A DNA stretch of 64,000 nt from Podarcis melisellensis (Eukaryota): NCBI GenBank assembly GCA_964234715.1, contig OZ174282.1; one strand, 5' to 3'. Both the position numbers and the translations under genes were made by a program. The notes under the pieces are model-generated. The model did not search any database. It had not been told where the DNA came from and worked only from the letters and a program-made list of their open reading frames with translations. Numbering within the stretch: position 1 is the stretch's first letter; every line of letters starts with the position of its first letter. Below, piece by piece: positions 49,650-63,440 of this stretch.

Positions 49650-52600
49650 GTGAGGAGCAGCTCGGGCGGCGCGTGAGGGCGAGAAAGGGAGGGGGCCACC
49701 TGCCGACCCCCCCACCCCCTCTGCGCCCGGGAAACGGAGCCTGCGGCCGGGGCCTGAGCGGGGTTTGTGGGGCGGGGCGGGGAAAGGTGAGGCGAAGGGC
49801 AAGTGGCACCCAAGGGGCAAGGACGCCCCTGAACTCGCCTTGAGGGGCCGGGGAGGCGATTAATTGTGGCTCATTTGCGCAGTTCATGCAATCATTATAC
49901 GCTGTTGTGTTAAATAACGCTCAGGGAAGGGAAAGAGCCACCGGGATTTCTGAACCCTCCGAAACTCAACCCTTGTCAGGCTGGTGTTTGTTGCTCATGT
50001 ATTTATTATTATTAATCATGTACAATCAAAATGATAAATCATTTAGTTGCTTTCAACCTCTTTACACCTGGTTTGAACGCTAAGCCATAGCTAAACTTGG
50101 GCCATTTAAAATATTATTATTGTTACCGCTATTATTTGTTTCATTTATTCATATTTATTTGTTGCAATTATATCCCACTTCCCCTCCCCCCAAAGGAGCT
50201 TAAGGTGGCATGCATGGTTTTCTTCCCCTCCTCATTCAAATCCCCACAACAACCCTGTGAAGTAGTGACTGGCCCCCAAGATCACCCAGTGGGCTTCATA
50301 GCTGAGTGGGGATTTGAACACAGCTCTAGTCTAACACACCACTTCATCAAGGTGTGCAGGATGCAATTCCCCAAGTTTACTGCAGCCATTCCTCACACTC
50401 CTCTTGAATTTGGAGGAAGGGTAAGGTTTTGACTTCCTGGGCAAGTTTAATCCTGACATTCTAAAGGGTCTATGATGCAAATACCAGCTTTAATTTGATT
50501 ACTTGGAGTATGGCTTCAGATGAATATCTGTGTCTACATATATGCATTATCCAAATGTCTACTGATCTGTTCACCAAGGAGCAGGAACTTACACTGAAGG
50601 AGCCTGATGGACGTGCCAACAAAGCTAACCAACCAAGTTTCTTGCATACTTACAATCAAATGATTATTTGTTTAACCCAGACTTTTGCAGTGGCATAAAG
50701 CAGCTCAGCACATTCACTTGTTCAATTTCACTGAACAGAAATTTGTCCTTCTGCAACAATAAAAGAAAAAGCATATTTGCCTGGACTGACAAACATATAG
50801 ATAATTGCCAGTGTAATCTGGGTATGGGGCAATTATTGGCTAACATGCCACTTGCATTGGCTAACTTCTTTTGGCATGTTAGGACAGAGGCTTTCAAAGG
50901 TAATACTTATTTGAAGTATCAGTGATGTATTGTACAAGCAGAACCCAGCCCTTTTGAGAGGACTAGAGCATATACAGGCTTAGTCTAGGTCCAAATCCTT
51001 GCTCATCCTTGCAAATTTAGAAGGTAGCCTTGAATAAGCCATTCTCTCTTGGTACCAGGCATTCCTATCTCATTGGCTAGTCTCATTGGGTTGCTTTGAT
51101 TCTAAATTTTTATAACTGTACTTCAAAAATGAAGTTGATGTGGTTAATAAAGACAATAGTTTGTCTTACTGAACTGGTTTCTGTTTCAGTCTTCAGGCGC
51201 CAGCTATACCCAGTGCAACGTGCCATTCAGTCTGCAGCTGTGCTGCGGAGAGCATCAGATGAGCAGAAACAACAGCCCCCACAGTCTTCCACCCAGCAGC
51301 ATTTGGAGTCAGAGCCAGTGGGGGAGCAGCATGATCAAGAGCATCCACACTTACACCCCAGGTAACCTGCATTCTCCCACCACCACTTAAAGCTCTGAGA
51401 GATCTCATTTCCCACAAACTCAGAACCAGTTCTGGTGTAATGCTTTGTATTGCAAGCAGAACGTGATATTACTGCATCCCTGGGGAGGCATGTTCCTATG
51501 TGTTCTTTTGAAGCTGGCATCTCCTTCCCATGCCTGTAATCCCAGGATGACGTGAGCAGCATTGCAGTGTGTCTTCTTTTACTGCCCCCACAAAATCCAT
51601 ACTGATCTTGTGATGAGCAGATCCCTGGATTTATCAGAGGAGGCATCAATGCCCTTGTAAATGTTAACAGACTAGCATTGTGTACACTGAACAAGCAAAA
51701 GTTTGAGCAAAGGAAACTGGGGGCAGCTTTTAAGTTGGCAGGAATTATGAAGGCAATGGAAAAGCGATATGGAAGACCAAAATGGGAGACTCTTTGGTAT
51801 TTGAGGGCGTGACTTTGTATTTTTATTCTCCTAGTTACACGGATCAGGGAGGTGAAGAATCAGAGGGCTATGAAAGTGAGGAACAGCTGCAGCATCAAAT
51901 CCTGACAGCAGCTCTGGAGTTTGTCCCCACTCATGGCTGGACAGCAGATGCTATTGCAGAGGGAGCCAAGGTAGATATCAAGAGGACTGATGTGCTAAGA
52001 GGTGCAGGGAGCATCTGCATGAGGTGCTAAACACAGCAATGCTAACCATGTCTACTCAGAAGTAAATTCTGGTGGATTCAGTAGGGCTTAAACTCAAGTA
52101 AGAGGAGTTAGAATTACAGCCTTAGTAAGCTTTTAACTGTTGTGGTGGTCCCAGAACAATTCTTATTTTATGTGGGTGCTGAGAGGTTTGCGACGAAGAA
52201 CTTAAAATTTTGCAGAGCTATAACTCTGAGAGTTGCCTGGTGGGGAGCCATTGCAATTAACCCATATAAAAAGTTTGTTGACCACAATGGGTCTTTACCC
52301 ACAAAGCACATGCAAGACATGACGTAAATCTTGCCTTGAGGGCTCCTACATTCTAGGAATCTGTTTCTACTTTCTGCAGATGGAAAACAGTAATTTGGAG
52401 GATGTTTTTGGATGATATCATTGCAATGCAGAGGGATTAGCTGTAGGATCCTTAAAAACACAGTGTAGAGCAGAACTGCCTGAGTTTTAACAGCAGCATG
52501 AAAGCTACTCTGCACATGAGATAGGGCCATAATGTAGAACGACAGGGTTGGCCACAGTATTGTTGCTTTGCTTGGAATGCTTGTACCAAACAGGCTGTAG

Positions 52601-55600
52601 AACAGTATTGCCTGCTTTCTGGCTCCTGGGTAATTTACCTGTTCAACCTGTTTCCCTTCTTCCTTTTAGTCACTGGGTCTCTCTGTTGCTGCAGCAGGGC
52701 TCTTTCACAATGATGGCAGCGAACTGATCCTGCACTTTGTTGCACAGTGTAACTCCAAGCTGACTGAACTTTTAGAGGAGCAACACAAACTGGTGCAGCT
52801 CGGTCAAGCAGAGTGAGTACTGGTCACCGCAGCTGCTGTGGGAGGTTAGTTATTGTGCCACCATTTCAGGCAGAAACACAACAGGTGACAATTGTATGTT
52901 GCCACAGAAAGCCTAACCGTGGAATCTGGTCACAAGGAGGGCACTTGTGAGGTAGTTTCCCTAATGCATCTTGCTACCAATTTTTGATTGAAGAATAAAA
53001 TCACAATAAATGCTCTTTTCCTTTTAAAGGAAGAAGAAGACAGACCAGTTTCTGAAGGATGCTTTGGAGGCCAGGCTGCGAATGTTGATTCCATATATTG
53101 AAAAATGGCCCCAGGTACAAACCTAACATTATTTTTGAAAACATGGGATATCCCTTAGTGTCACCTATGTTCATTGCTTTGTATAGCAGAATTGGTATAT
53201 TTCTTATAATTCCCTGGGAAGCCAGGTGGTTGACATTAAAGTAGGAATTTCCACATATTAGGGAGGTATTGGAAGAGTGGAGGGGAAAGAATGTGTCTTC
53301 CCCCCTTCTCCCTTCCTGAACAGCTGTGCCTCTCCCCCTTGAGGCATGAGTAGCACTACTAGGCTGCTATTCTAGGATGGATGGAACCTTGAACAGAAGC
53401 ACTTGTTATGGAGGGCAGGGATATGCTACAACATTGAGTTGCAGATCACCCTTGCTGTTGTCATTGTCACCCCAAATTCCTTAAAGGAAGAGTGATTGAT
53501 TATTTAATTCATTTACCACTTAGAAATATTTAAAATATTTCTAAGTGGTGTACAGAAAACTGAAGCGACATCATAAACAAAATATTTCAAAAAAATACAG
53601 TTACATATAAAAATGTTACATTAATTAAGATTCTAATATATAAAAATCAGTATCAATTCATTTCCCTTCTGACACACTCTCCTCTCTCAGCCTCCGAGTT
53701 CTCATCCAAGGACCAAACAAACTCAGCTTACCCACCAAAGTCTTACTATGAGAAGAGTTCCTGAAAACAGCAGACATCACCAGGGGTGCCCAAACTTTTT
53801 TCAAAGAGGGCCAGATTTGATGAAATGAACATGTGTGAGGGCCGACCAAAGTTGAGCTTTTTTAAGGATTTTACCCCAGGACATATACTGCCACGGGGGC
53901 CGGATTAAATCGACCAGCGGATCAGATTTCTGCGTGGGTCCAAGGTGGATGATACTTTCTCAGGCTGCCCATAGCTGTGTCCCATTCAGTTCCACTCTCC
54001 ACACTCAGTTCCAGGTACAGCAGGTTTATTGAGCTTTCCAGGGGGTCCAGAGGATGGAAAGAGGGCCCCCTCCATTCTCAATGGCTCTTTCTTCACTCTC
54101 TGTCCTCATCTCTTTCCCCAGCTGCTTATACCTCTCTCTGTTTATCCAGTCAACAGTGCTGTCCTGTTGATTAGGGTAAGAGATGGTAACCTGACCGGAG
54201 TGCGGGGTGGGGAAGCAATTCCTTTCACTTTTTCAGATCCTAAGGGTCTTTAGTAGCAGTCATCTTCTTGGAATCACAAAATAGCAAACATATCCAGAAT
54301 TTATTTTTCCTATTCAAGTATGATACGAAACTCAAGCTTGAGTTAGATTGCTCCTGGTATCAAAGTTTGAACTGGATTTCTCTGTGAATTGCTTTAGGGC
54401 TCTGGTGGCTGCCATTGCTAGGTTTTTACGGTAATAAAAAGCATTACCAATGTTTTCTGTCCCATAAGATGGGCACAGGCAGTGGAGTTGAAGCTATGAT
54501 GTATGCAGAAATGGCAATGAATCAGTACTGGGAAGACTTGTATAGCAGGGATAGCCAACATGGTGCCCTCCAGATGTTGCTCCCCTCACCCCTGACCATT
54601 GGCTATGCTATCTAAGGTTGATTAGACTTCCAAAAACATGATGTTGGATTACTCCTGCTGCAGATGAAAACAAGGTGTATAGAAAAGGGGGGAGGAAAGT
54701 GTGGGTGAAGAGTGTTTCTCCTTGCCTCATTAATTTATCTGGCTGTTCCTCCTCCCTAGGCTATTAGTGTGTTGCTGCTGCCGCACAATATCCCAGCCAG
54801 CCTAAACCTCCTGACGAGCATGGTGGATGACATGTGGCACTACGCAGGAGACCAGTCCACCAATGTAAGTCTGAGCAAGACACAGATGTTGATAGGACTT
54901 TGGGGAGCAACAGGAAAGCTTGAAATGTTCTGCCTTGCATGATAAATACATTCTGGGCTGTGCTTGGGAAAATTATGCAGTTCAAACACTTGCGGTGCTA
55001 AAAGGCTTTCAGGATTTTGGTTTCCAAAGAGCTTGGGGGTATGATGGTCCCTCTTTATTGCATTAGCAACAGTCACTTGCTGAAAAAGGAGGACACAAGG
55101 AGGATACAACTCTTAAGCCCCAAGGGTCCAAAAAGCCCTGTAGGTAGGATCAGAACTGTTGTAACACAGGGCCCCCTCATACCATGGAGCTGATCTAGGA
55201 TGATACCATGGTCGATGGTATCAAAAGCTGCAGCAAGATTGAGAAGGAGCAAAGTTGCACTCCCTTTGTTCTGTTCTCGATAAAGATCATCCATCAGGGT
55301 GACTAAGGCCAGTTCAGTCCCATGACCAGACCTGAACCCAGATTGAAACAGGACTAGATAATCCATATAAGCCAAGGGTGCCTGCACCTGCACTGCCACA
55401 ACTCTCCACTACCTTCCTTTAAAGTGGGTATTTGTTATTGGTTGGTAGTTAGCTCAGACTAAACCAGCAGGTCGAGAGCTGGCTTCTTTAGAAGTGGCTG
55501 CACTGCTGCTGCTCATTAATCACACCCAGCTAATCAGATCCCCTCTGCTAGTTTTAATAAAGCAACAAGGGCAGGGCTCAAGAGGCCATGCAGTTGGGCA

Positions 55601-57477
55601 TAGAGTTGCAAGCACCTTGTACATATCGTCAGTTTGCATAAGCTAAAATTAAATATGCAGCTCATCCAAGTGTGTCTGGGCAGGTAAGGATAAAAATGGG
55701 TGACTGGGCTCTCACTGGCCCTCTGCTTAGTGGGGTGCCCAGTTATGCTGTCAGCAAATTAAAACAAAAACCAGACTTAAGTTACAATGTTTATATATCA
55801 CTTTTCTTGAAGATACCTAAGGTGAGAAATTAAAGCCTTATAAAAACTATTAAAAGAAACATAATAATGCAAACTAAAACGACCAAATCAAAGCAGACAG
55901 CACTTCTAGAACTGGATATATTTGAAACTGTCAGAATATTAGCTGACAGTACTGTGTAAGGTTTTTTAATTATAATATTGTTTTCCTTTTATAGAAAGAA
56001 ACAAAGTGGAATGTATTTATTTAAGTGACACACACAGAGAGTTGAACTGGCCATTTGCCACAGTTCTGCTGCTCAGTATCCCACCTCCAGCCGGGACAAC
56101 AGAAAGTGATGGATGTTCTTTGAAAACTCGTAAGCAGCTCCCTAAAAATACCCAGGGCTTATGAGAGCCATCAACTTTCTGGCAGGAAATAATAGCAAAG
56201 TAAATTATATCTTAATTAAAGTAATTAATGAATTACTTGACCTATTGCATTTACATAAGTAAGGGGTAGGAAAAGCTTAGTGGGTCTTGTTAATGAATGA
56301 CTTTAATAAACTTGTGTGAGGATAAAATAGCAGCCACTGCAGTGACAAATAAGTAGCACACAGACAAATTAAAGGAATAAACCAGAAAGCCAAATAAAAG
56401 ACAGTGCTCACACCAGGAAACTAAGGTTCTTTTTGGAGTATGCAAATTGTGGATGAACTTGTTAAAATATTCAGCCTTACAAATAGTGCTTAATTTTCTT
56501 CTCTCTCCCTCCCCCCTCCCCCCGAGCTTTCTTGGAAACTGGAAAAGTGCCTTTGCGTTGCTGGCAGGACTTCATTGCAACTATTGTGGATGGCACCAGA
56601 TATGTTCATTAGGTAGTTGCAAAAGAATCCAATTTTCCACTTTGGTTAACGACAGTTCGAGAAATGATAAAAATAAATAGGAGAATGTCGTTTGTTATAA
56701 TGGATTTTGAGTGACATGTTTTTTGAAGTTTCGACAGGCTGAATGATATAGTAATTGGTTCTCAGCTGTGGTGTGCCTAACATAGTTTTATGTAACCTGT
56801 GAACTGATTAATGCCCCAAACAGATGCTGGTTCAATAATAATCTCTACTTTGCTGATCTGGAGGATCCCGACTGTCCTTTTTGTGTTTTTTATGTTAATC
56901 CCTGGTTTACATGCTTGATAGACAGGTACTGGGGTGATTTCTTGGGCAAAATTTCTGTTCTACTAGAAGGTATGTGCCGAATTATTTTCAGAGGGTTGTT
57001 TAATTGTTTAAGTGAAATCCTGAACACATGTATACAAAAGTAAGTACCACCAAGTTCAATGCAATATGTTTCCATATAAATGGACATAGTATTGTAGTCC
57101 TTGTATGTTGCAATAAAAAGACAGAATATTGTGACACCTTCAACATTTATTGTCCATGGGGTTTCATGCGGCTGGTTTACCAGCTAGTTTGACTGAACTT
57201 CGTGCTTTGGGACTAGTTACTAGGCTAACGTGGAGCAAGGCCGGTTTGTTTTTCAGCTCAGCAGTGGTGGTTGGTGGTGTTTTTAAATCTAGGATGGTGA
57301 ATAGAGAGATTTTGCACTGGGCTGTGATCCAGTAGTCTGTAGAAATAAATGGGCTGTGCAATAGAGACCCATGAAAATCTGCTGGGTTCCATTTACATAC
57401 TAGAATCTTTCATCTGTCAGTCCTAGGAAGGAGTGATGCTTCAGTGCAAAATAATCACACAGCTCTACATTTGCTGT

Positions 57478-57508
<31 letters not shown>

Positions 57509-59468
57509 CCACTCTGGGCATCTTCCAAAAGAGCTCATTGCAGAATCCAGCAATTCTTGGTGAATAATTTGGGTTCACTTGTCACAGAAATCTAGGTTTA
57601 AAAATAATAATGCAAGGTTCAAGTGCTACTACTGGTCATGGATGGGATAATTTCAAATTGGTATAGCCTGTGAAGTCTTAATTTCTTACAGGAACTCATG
57701 TAACTTTGTCTCTTGGTTTCTACCCTTACAGATAAACTGGTACACTCGTCGAGCAGTGCTTGCTGGCATTTACAACACTACAGAGCTAGTGATGATTCAG
57801 GACTCCTCTCCTGACTTTGAGGAGACTTGGTCCTTCTTACAAAACAGAATAGCTGATGCCATGAACATGGGACACACAGCTAAGCAGGTAATCCATTTAT
57901 AAACAGCACAGTCTTCTGTGGCACATGTGAACTGTAGCTTTGGTCATACTTTCATATGTGTGTGTTTAAACCCAAGAAGTAACTTCACCTGACTGTTAAA
58001 GCCAGCCTTCCCCAACCTGCTTTCCTCCATTTTTTTGGACTACAGTGGTACCTCGGGTTACATACGCTTCAGGTTGCATATGCTTCAGGTTACAGACTTC
58101 GCTAACCCAGAAATAGTACATCAGGTTAAGAACTTTGCTTCAGGATGAGAACAGAAATCTTGCTCCGGGGGCGTGGCAGCAGCATGAGGTCCCATTAGCT
58201 AAAGTGGTGCTTCAGGTTAAGAACAGTTTCAGGTTAAGTTTCAGGTTAAGAACGGACCTCAGGAACAAATTAAGTCCTTAACCCAAGGTACCACTGGACA
58301 ATGCTCATAAACCCCAGCCAGCTTGGTCATATAATGCTGGAGCTGATGGGAGTTGTAATCCATAGCTTCTGTAGGGCACCAGGTTGGGAAAAGGCCAGTT
58401 TAAGCCATAGGTGGGGAACTTTTATGGGGTTAAGGAGTCATTCGCTTGAGGGGAAAGTGGGGAGGACAAGAGTCAGAAGTGGGCTAACAGAAGGCGCCTT
58501 TTTTTGCCTCTGCCCCATTCGTAAACATCCGTTCATGCATCTCCCCCATTTGCAAACATACAACTATTCACACATCCATCCATTCACATACCTCTAAATA
58601 TTTAGGATGCACATATTTTGCAAATAATTAGGATTTGGGTTCAGAATATCTTTTTAATTGATTGTTACATCTTATGAATGCTAAATTGTATTCTTAGTCT
58701 AATTTAGGAGATTTAATGCTTAGCTGCTGTCACACAGTGTTCTGTGTAGAGCTACTGGGAATTCTAGAAGCAAGTTTTCATTGATTCAGATTTGGGGAGA
58801 TGGGTGTGGGGAAGAGAACTGTGCCTTTGATAGCCCCAAACCAACCATTTTGTTGGCTGTTGGCTCACACTCCTCTGCCCAGTGCACCAATCTAGCCTCC
58901 AGAATCCTCAATCTTTCCTGGGTGTACCACAAGAACATGTGCACAGTCCTGAGGTCCTATGACAGGTTTGGGTAGACTCATTGAAATTAATGGAAGTGAC
59001 TAACTAGAGTCTATTAATTTCAGCTCTAAGTAAAACATAGGTGGATACAACCATTCTTGTATATAAACTCATGGTGGCAGCTAAAGTGGATGGGCCAAAG
59101 CCTACCTGAAGTTTCTCTCTCATTCTCCTCTCCGCAATCCATCAGAAAGATGAGAGTGCTGGAGGCAGGCAGGCACTTCTCCTCAGATGGCACTGCTTCA
59201 ATCTCCACATGCTGTTATCTTATGAGAATTCCCTGTGTACCTATCTCCCTGCCTCCAGCTCTCTCTGCCTTCTCTTTCCATCTCCCTCATTTTTTCTCGT
59301 GGCTGCAGTTTGATCATGGTGAGAGCAAGAGAGATGGAGGAGAGAGAGAGAGTGGTAGACATGCATGTGAGGTCAGAGGCATGGCAACAGAGTGCTATAG
59401 CTAGAGTGCCTTTTGGAAAGCTGTTCCAGTCTAGTCATTATTCTCAGGTGTCTCATTTTGTTGGTGTG

Positions 59469-59510
<42 letters not shown>

Positions 59511-62357
59511 TGCCTGCCTGCAGGGCTCTTGTCCTGTCTATCTGGTTCACCTTGTGGCTGTGACTACATTGCAGCAAGGGGAATGTGAGAGACTTAAAGT
59601 GAGAAGAGAGACCCTGGAGTCTGGGATGCACAGATGAAGAAGCTCTGGCAGACCAAGCCCAGTCCACCAGTTCCCCATCCCATAGTCCAGGGTTAGGGAA
59701 CAATTATCCTGTTTGCTGAGGGTGCATTTCCTCAGGGCTAGTTTGTTGGGGGCCAGAGCCAAAGTGGGTGGAATTTGCAGCATTACAGGATTTAATAGGT
59801 CTCCCCCTCTCTCCTCCATCTCTGTTTCAGCTTTCTTCTGTTTCCCACCCCCTCCATTAACACAGGTTGGAACTAATTGTTTGTCACAGTCTTTTTCTCC
59901 CTCACCCTTTTCATTGCTCTTTCTATTTTGGCTGTGTCCCATTTATGGTATTTTCCCCGGGCACACACTGTCTCTTTCTCTCTGTCTCTCTCCCACACAC
60001 ATACACCTGACATATATGGGGAAGTGTTACCCAGAGGGATGGCAAAGAGAACAAGAGTAAACCTGCAGTGTTTGGAGGGTCACATGTAATTAAGCAGCCG
60101 CCAGGTCGTAGGTCCCCCTTTGGCTGAGCTGAAACCTGCTTTGCCTTCCAATTAGGAGTGCATTTTAAGACTCCTTAATGTGCATTGGCAGCCAGGTCTC
60201 TACCTACCTGCACCTGACATTGCATAGGATATCAGATGTGAGGGGGCATGTGGGTGTAGTTTGGGGGGAAATGGCCAAAGATTCTAACCCCTGCATTAAA
60301 AACATGCAGCATTTTGCTGACAAAGTCGGAACCTTTTTTCAGACAGGTACACAGATTGCCGGGCAAAGTCTAGCACTACCCCCATCTGTGCAACATATGA
60401 AAAGGGCTCTGGTGGCACATACTAGGCCCTGCCTACGTGCTGTGGTGATAGCATTGCAAAGAACCATTATATTATCACCCACATAGTTGCAGTCAATCCA
60501 TCTGTGCAGCTTCTCATAACTTTGCAATGCTTCGCTCTCATACAGGCCCTGGTGGAGAATGTAAGTTAATTATTCACATTAAGGAGAAGAAGTGGCACTC
60601 AATGCGATGCACTTTATTGGTCTCTGAATTAAATCGGACTAATTTGCTTAGAAAATCTTCCTGGAGATTTCTAAGCAAGTCTTTTGTTAGTGTTGGAGCT
60701 GCTGCTGTGATGTTAATCAATTGCGTTTGTTCCAATTGTGCCTGGTGTTTGCTGTATACGTGCAGGTCTTTGGATCCCGCTGAGATCCTAAGATTGCATG
60801 TCACTGTAGTGCCGTTTCAGGTTTCTACAGATACTGCCGGCCAAATAGCATGTACTTGCTGTCAGCTTTATCACTGTAGAATAACTCTTAGGAAGCAGCC
60901 TTATGCTGAGTCAGACAGGACTATTTCTCAGCCCTGTCAGAAACTGAACATGGCTCACTCTACATGCAAAGCAGATATGCTCTGCCACTGAGCTACAGCC
61001 TTTCCATATTGGGCTGGTCCACCAATGCAAAACCAGCACAAAGCACAATATTTCAGTGCTTGCGTTTTGTTTCCTAGGTGCAGGCAACAGGAGAAGCCCT
61101 TGTCCAGGGACTGATGGGTGCTGCTGTCACTGTAAGTAATGCCAGACACAGGATTTCCTCAGGTTGTTGCATACCAAACAGCTCCCCCCCTGGGAAATTA
61201 TTGATGCAATAATGGATGTGGAGGAATGCAAAAGGAAATGGTTGCTTGCATGGTTTTTTTTTATTATTATTAAAAAGAGAGGATCTGCGAGGTAGTCTTA
61301 CTTGCAGAATTTCCCAGATTAATCTGTATGGATGCGTTGGTGCACAATGTTTTTCATTACTCAAGAATCCTTCAAACAGCAGAGGTATATAAAGCCAGCT
61401 TGGGATCAAATTACTTGCAGGATTGCCTTACTCATATATGCTTACTCAGCTGCTTCAATCTGCAGAACTGGAACTGTTACAGAGGCCACATAATACTTGA
61501 GCTGCATTTGTAAGAAATTGGTTTTTTAGTGTGGCAGCACCTAAACTTTGGAATTCCCTGCCTATTTGTATTAGGCAGGCACCTTCCCTATACTCTTCAG
61601 TGCCTGCATAAAACATGTTTGTTTAGGTAAGCCTGTTCAGCCATGTAGAATATCGACATATATTTTTTATTTTTTGCTATAGTTGATTTTAATTATATTT
61701 TAAATAACTGTTTTTACGGATAATTTCAGTGTTTTGTTTTATATATTGTTAAACCACTTAGAGGTTTTTTACAAATCCAGCAGCATATACATTTTGTTAA
61801 ACGAATCCAGAATAAAATGTTAAATTGCTTAGTTAGTGAGCAACCACAAGAAGTGTAGGAATTCTCTCTATAATCTGTTGCTGCCCGATGCCCTTCCTTG
61901 AAAGCTGTTGCCTTCACATTTTTATCTTCCCAGTCCACTTTCCTGCCAAGCAACCTGTGTGTGTTATGCAGGGTTCTGGTGTATGTTTTGGGGCAACATG
62001 TTCATGTCCTCCAGAATACTGACCAGGCCTATTACCATCCTAAGTGAATGGGAACATGCCCTGAAACACATGGTGCATGTTTCAGAGAAATATTGTGAAG
62101 GGGTGGGGGCAAGCTTTTTTTTCAGAAAAGTTTGCTCACCTTATTGATCTTATTCTCACTGAGGGATTCCTTCCCTGTAACACCATTTGAAAACCACAGC
62201 TTGCTAGAGTTAATTTTCCCAGTCATAAGGAGCAGTGGCATATTCCTATGCTGCCTGTTTGCAGCAAGTAATTTTCTCATTGGCCTTATATTTAATGACA
62301 TATTATTTGTGAACCAAACAGATACGGAATCTCACAGGACTGAACCAACGTCGATAA
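49589..62357 (+). CDS. COQ9: Ubiquinone biosynthesis protein COQ9, mitochondrial, join(49589-49649,51190-51361,51835-51970,52670-52812,53030-53114,54760-54864,57732-57887,61078-61131,62322-62357), 315 aa
   Basis: 948 nt, phases consistent. Arg/Ala-rich presequence, [88 protein letters not shown]. Confidence 0.97.
51190..51361 (+). CDS. COQ9: COQ9 exon 2
   Basis: [30 protein letters not shown]... Confidence 0.9.
51835..51970 (+). CDS. COQ9: COQ9 exon 3
   Basis: YTDQGGEE...[13 protein letters not shown]. Confidence 0.96.
52670..52812 (+). CDS. COQ9: COQ9 exon 4
   Basis: [31 protein letters not shown]...LVQLGQAE. Confidence 0.96.
53030..53114 (+). CDS. COQ9: COQ9 exon 5
   Basis: [28 protein letters not shown]. 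Confidence 0.96.
54760..54864 (+). CDS. COQ9: COQ9 exon 6
   Basis: [35 protein letters not shown]. Confidence 0.96.
55130..55680 (-). mobile_element. L2/CR1-clade LINE reverse transcriptase fragment
   Basis: [22 protein letters not shown]...[22 protein letters not shown] is a degenerate non-LTR RT motif. Confidence 0.85.
57478..57508. repeat. (GTA)n microsatellite
   Basis: Directly visible. Confidence 0.95.
57732..57887 (+). CDS. COQ9: COQ9 exon 7
   Basis: [52 protein letters not shown]. Confidence 0.96.
58043..58296. mobile_element. Tigger/pogo-like MITE
   Basis: TA|CAGTGGTACCTCGGGTTA...TAACCCAAGGTACCACTG; internal TTCAGGTTAAG repeats. Confidence 0.8.
59467..59521. repeat. (CCTG)n microsatellite
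   Basis: Directly visible. Confidence 0.95.
61078..61131 (+). CDS. COQ9: COQ9 exon 8
   Basis: [18 protein letters not shown]. Confidence 0.95.
61370..61790 (+). mobile_element. L2-like LINE 3' fragment
   Basis: TTTAGTGTGGCAGCACCTAAACTTTGGAATTCCCTGCC motif and AT-rich tail. Confidence 0.55.
62322..62357 (+). CDS. COQ9: COQ9 exon 9 (last coding)
   Basis: [14 protein letters not shown]. Confidence 0.93.
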   Translation: MRNLTGLNQRR

Positions 62358-63234
62358 GATGGAAGAGTTGGGAGAGGGAGTTCCAAGATCCAAAAAGAGG
62401 AGGAATCCCATCGCAAGAAGTTTAAACTGTTTCCACAATTTTTCTAGTACTATTAAACATACATTAAAGGTTGTCAGCCTAGCATGATAACCTTTTTTCC
62501 TGGGCTGTGTAAATGTCACAACCTGGTTTTCTGGTGATGATGCCACTCCTGATGCTTGACCCAGTCAGCAAAAACTAATAATTAGGGAGGGTCCATTTTT
62601 AGAAGATTATGTGAATGAAAGTTGGTAACCAAAAGTGTCTTGCTTTCATTCACCCCCACATTTGCTATCTATGTGTCTGACTCAGAGGTTGCTGCATCAT
62701 TGGGAGACATGGCCAGCACGGTGCCAAATTTAGTGGTTCTGCTCCAACTCTCAATACATTTCTGCTCAGGAAGGATCACATCATCACTGTAGGCTTCTGT
62801 TGATGTTTTGTCACTGCTTTCAGTTCTCTTCCAGGACTATTTGCATGAAAGCTGATGGCAACTGTAGCTTGAAAGCCCAGCTATCGAATAGCCATCAGAG
62901 TTCTATTGCAAATGCATAATTTTCTCTGTTCCTGGACACTGACATGTCTGTAAATTAATAATAATAAAAATTCAAACAGCCTTCTGTGTAACAGTTTGCA
63001 GCTTCTTCATCCTGAGATTCATTCAGTCTTTTGGCATAAATAGTATCATCTGAGATCCACAGTAATGGTACAACAAATGCAAGTTTTGCTATTTTGGGAA
63101 GGACTGATACATGCACACACATTTTCATGCCCTGCGTGAGTGAACGAGCTGTCACAGAATGTTGCCTCAAGTCACTTTGAACATCAAGGGAGGCAATTCA
63201 GCTGCCGGTTATGTTAATCTAGTTGTGTTGGACT

Positions 63235-63440
63235 CAAGGCTTAATATTACTTGAGTCAGTGCTTTTCTTTTTCTACTCCGTCATGAAGCTCATTGGGTGG
63301 CCTTCGGCCAGTCACTGTTTCTTGGCCTAGCCTACCTCACAGGGTTGTTGTGGGGGAATTGTTGGGGATGTGAGGGGAACAATGCCACTTTGAGCTCCTT
63401 GGAGGAAGGATGGGATATACATCTAATCAATAAAATAAAA
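63235..63440 (+). mobile_element. MIR/CORE-like SINE (similar copies ~430-600, ~17505-17720, ~48370-48480, and inverted ~31650-31830, ~50150-50340)
   Basis: Shared GGCCAGTCACT...CCTACCTCACAGGGTTGTTGTG...GAGCTCCTTGGAGGAA core. Confidence 0.6.

Larger units (their letters stand above)
48500..49860. promoter_or_regulatory. CpG island / bidirectional promoter CIAPIN1/COQ9
   Basis: GC/CpG rich; four YY1-type AAGATGGCG motifs (48956, 49010, 49519, 49587), ETS CCGGAAGTG (49412), CRE TGACGTCA (48578-48585), GC boxes. Confidence 0.8.
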
